Both the position numbers and the translations under genes were made by a program. The notes below the pieces were generated by a model, which saw only the letters and a list, made by a program, of their open reading frames with translations, had not been told where the DNA came from and ran no database searches. DNA of 64,000 nucleotides from Mobula hypostoma (lineage: Eukaryota). Positions 61,130-64,000 of the stretch are shown piece after piece (the first letter of the stretch is position 1; the number at the start of each line of letters is the position of its first letter). Where the stretch lies: contig NC_086097.1 in the NCBI RefSeq assembly GCF_963921235.1, positions 44,332,001 to 44,396,000 of the forward strand, read 5' to 3'.

Positions 61130-62660
61130 TTGGGATCTTATATTAAAGTTGTATAAGACTGTGGTGAGGCCAGATTTAGAGTATTGTATGCAGTTCTGGT
61201 TACCTGCCTACAGGAAAGATATCAACATGAAAGAGTACAGAGAAAATGTTCAAAGAGGTTGCCAAGTTTTGAGGACCTGAGTTATAGGGAAAGATTGAAT
61301 AAGTTAATAATTCATTCCCTGGAGCATTGCAGAATGAGGGGAGATTTGATAGAGGTGTACAAAATTCTGAGGGGTACAGATAGGGGAAGCTGAGGGAACA
61401 CACATCAATTCTCATCAACGGATCAGCAGTGGAAAGGGTGAGCAGTTTCAAGTTCCTGGGTGTCAACATCTCTGAAGATCTATCCTGGGTCCAACATACT
61501 GATGCAATTACAAAGTAGTCACAACAGTGGTTATATTTCATTAGGAGTTTGAGCAGACTTGGTATATCACCAAAGACTTCGCAACTAACTGGCTGCATCA
61601 CCATCTGGTATGGAAGAGACACTGCACAGGATCGGAAAAGATGACAGAAAGTTGCAATCTCAGCCTACTCCATCATGAGCAATAGCCACCCTAGCATTGA
61701 GGACATCTTCAAAAGAAGAAGCCTCAAAAAGGCGGCATCCGTTATTAAGCATCCCAATTGGCCAGGACAGGCCCTCTCTTCATTGTTACCATCAACGGGA
61801 AGTACAGCAGCCTTAAGATGCATATTCAAGGTTCCACATGGTAGGCTTAGCCAGAAAGTCATGAGAAATACAGTATGATCCATGGATACTTGGCAGCATG
61901 GATTCAGAATTGGTTTCCTCACAGAAGAGGGTGGTAGCAGATGAAGCACTTCTGCCTGGAGGTTGATAACCAGTGGTGTTATGGATCAACTGTTTTGTTT
62001 ACAAATGACTTGGATGAGAAAGTGGAATCATGGATTAGTAAATCTGCAGATGACATGAAGGCTGGTGGAGTTGTGAATAGTGAAGAAGGTTGTTTCAGAT
62101 TATAATGGAATTGAGACAGGACACAGAGCTGGGTGGAGAAGTTGTAGATGGAGATCGATCTAGAAAAGTGCCAAGTGATACACTTTGGAAGATCAAACCT
62201 GAAGGCAGAGTACAAGGTCATAGCAGGATTCTTAGTAGTGTGGAGGTACAGAGGGATCTTAGGCTCCAAGTCCAGAGATTCCTCTAAGATGCCATGCAAG
62301 GTGGTTAAGATGGTGTATGGAGTGCTGGCCTTCATTAGTTGGGTGATTATGTTCAAGAGCCTTTAGGTAATGTTTCAGTTCTATAAAACTCTGGTTAGAA
62401 ATGTTATAGCTACTTTGAAATATTGTGTTCAGCTATGGTTGCTTCATTATAGGGTATATATGGAAGCTTTAAAGAGGATGCAGAGGAGAATTACCAGGAT
62501 GCTGCCTGATTTAAAGAGCAAGTCTTATGCAGAAAGCTTAGGCTTTTTGCTTTGGAGGGAAGGATGAGTGGAGACTTAATAGAGGTAGATAATATTATGG
62601 GAGGCAAAGATAGAGTGGACAGCCACCATCTTTTTCCCAGTATGACAATGGCCACCTGAG
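61130..62660 (+). mobile_element. Patchwork of CR1 and Rex1 (61385-61820) fragments
   Basis: ERVQR..GDLIEVYKI (CR1); FKFLGV.I..LSW and LLPS (Rex1); KSADD, KCQVIHFG (CR1). Confidence 0.65.
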
Positions 62661-62701
62661 GCCCTGTGTTGGTCAGGGTCAACCATGGATATTGTGTCTT
62701 C

Positions 62702-64000
62702 ACAAGATCACAAGACAAAGGAGCAGAAGTAGGCCATTCGGCCCATCGAGTCTGCTCCACCACTCCACCATGAGCTAAACTATTCTCCCATCTAGTTCCA
62801 ATTTCCAGCTTTTTCCCCATATCCCTTGATACCCTGACTAATTAGATACCTATCAATCTCCTCCTTAAACACCCTCAATGATCAGGCCTCCACAGCTGTA
62901 TGTGGCAATGAATTCCATAAATCCACATCCCTCTGGCTAAAAAAATTTCTCCTCATCTCTGCTTTAAATGGGTACCCTCTAATTCTAAGACTGTGGTCTC
63001 TTGTCCTGGACTCACCCACCAAGGGATACAGCCTTTCCACATCTACTCTGTCCAACCCTTTCAACATTCAAAATGTTTCTATGAGATTCCCTCTCATTCT
63101 TCTATACTCTAATGAATACAGTCCAAGAGCCGACAAACGCTCCTCATATGTTAGCCCCTGCATTCCAGGAATCATCCTCGTAAATCTTCTCTGAACTCTC
63201 TCCAACATCAGAACATCCCTTCTAAGATAGGGGGCCCAAAACTGCACACTGTATTCCAAATGAGGTCTCACCAGTGCCCCATACAGCCTCATCAACACCT
63301 CCTTACTCTTATACACTATTCCTCTTGAAAGCATTTGCTTTCCTTACTGTCAATCCAACCTGGTGGTTAACCTTTAGGGTATCCTGCATGAGAACCCCCA
63401 AGTCCCTTTGCACTTTCGATTTTTGAATTTTCTCCCCATCTAAATAATAATCTGCCTGATTATTTCTTCTTCCAAAATGTACAACCGTACATTTCTCAAC
63501 ATTGTATCTCGTCTGCCATTTCTTTGCCCACTCTCCGAAACTGACCAAGTCTCTCTGCAACCTTTCCATTTCTTCAACACTTCCCGCTCTTCCACCTATC
63601 TTGGTGTCATCCGCAAATTTAGCAACAAAACCATTTAATCCATAATCTAAATCATCGATATACATTGTAAAAAGAAGCGGCCCCAACACCGACCCCTGCG
63701 GAACACCACTAGTAACCGGCAACCAATCGGAATAGGATCCCTTTATTCCCACTCCTTGCTCTTTGCCCATCAGCCAATGCTCCACCCATTCCAATACCTT
63801 TTCTGTAATTCCACGGGCTCTCATCTTATTAAGCAGCCTTTTATGCAGCACCTTATCAAAAACCTTTTGAAAATCCAAATACACAACATCCACAACCTCT
63901 CCCTTGTCAATCTTATTTGAGATTACCTCAAAAAATTCCAATAGATTGGTGAGACAGGATCTTCCCTTCATGAAACCATGCTGGCTTGGGCCTATCTTGT
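62702..64000 (-). mobile_element. CR1 LINE 3' part, continues beyond the window
   Basis: GRSCLTNLLEFF, YLDFQK.FDKV, SGVPQGSVLGP, FADD, LVRPHLEY; tail repeat near 62702. Confidence 0.92.

Overview
Eukaryotic, repeat-rich vertebrate DNA. The repeat complement (CR1, Rex1/Babar, RTE, Tx1, Penelope-like, Gmr1-like Gypsy, Tc1 and Tigger remnants) suggests a cartilaginous fish, probably a ray; this is an inference. Two convergent host genes are present. A strongly diverged BEGAIN lies on + (4 coding exons seen, 13265-27068), and the 3' part of WDR25 lies on - (5 coding exons, 36280-51123). This is the same tail-to-tail pair that borders the DLK1-DIO3 region in mammals. Most notable: (1) a very young Gmr1-like LTR element (1690-6496; LTRs differ at 1 of 858 nt; 4-bp TSD) whose single 939-aa ORF keeps Gag/SCAN, zinc knuckle and protease but only vestigial, catalytically dead IN/RT/RNase H pieces, plus three related solo LTRs sharing co-varying RNA hairpins; (2) minimal type I hammerhead ribozymes in the 3' end of a Penelope-like element and in dispersed ~130-230 bp TSD-flanked copies, some as inverted dimers, plus a second hammerhead-bearing family; (3) apparent loss of a BEGAIN coiled-coil exon. 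Comparisons to known proteins are from memory, not from a database search. Boundaries of degraded repeats are approximate.
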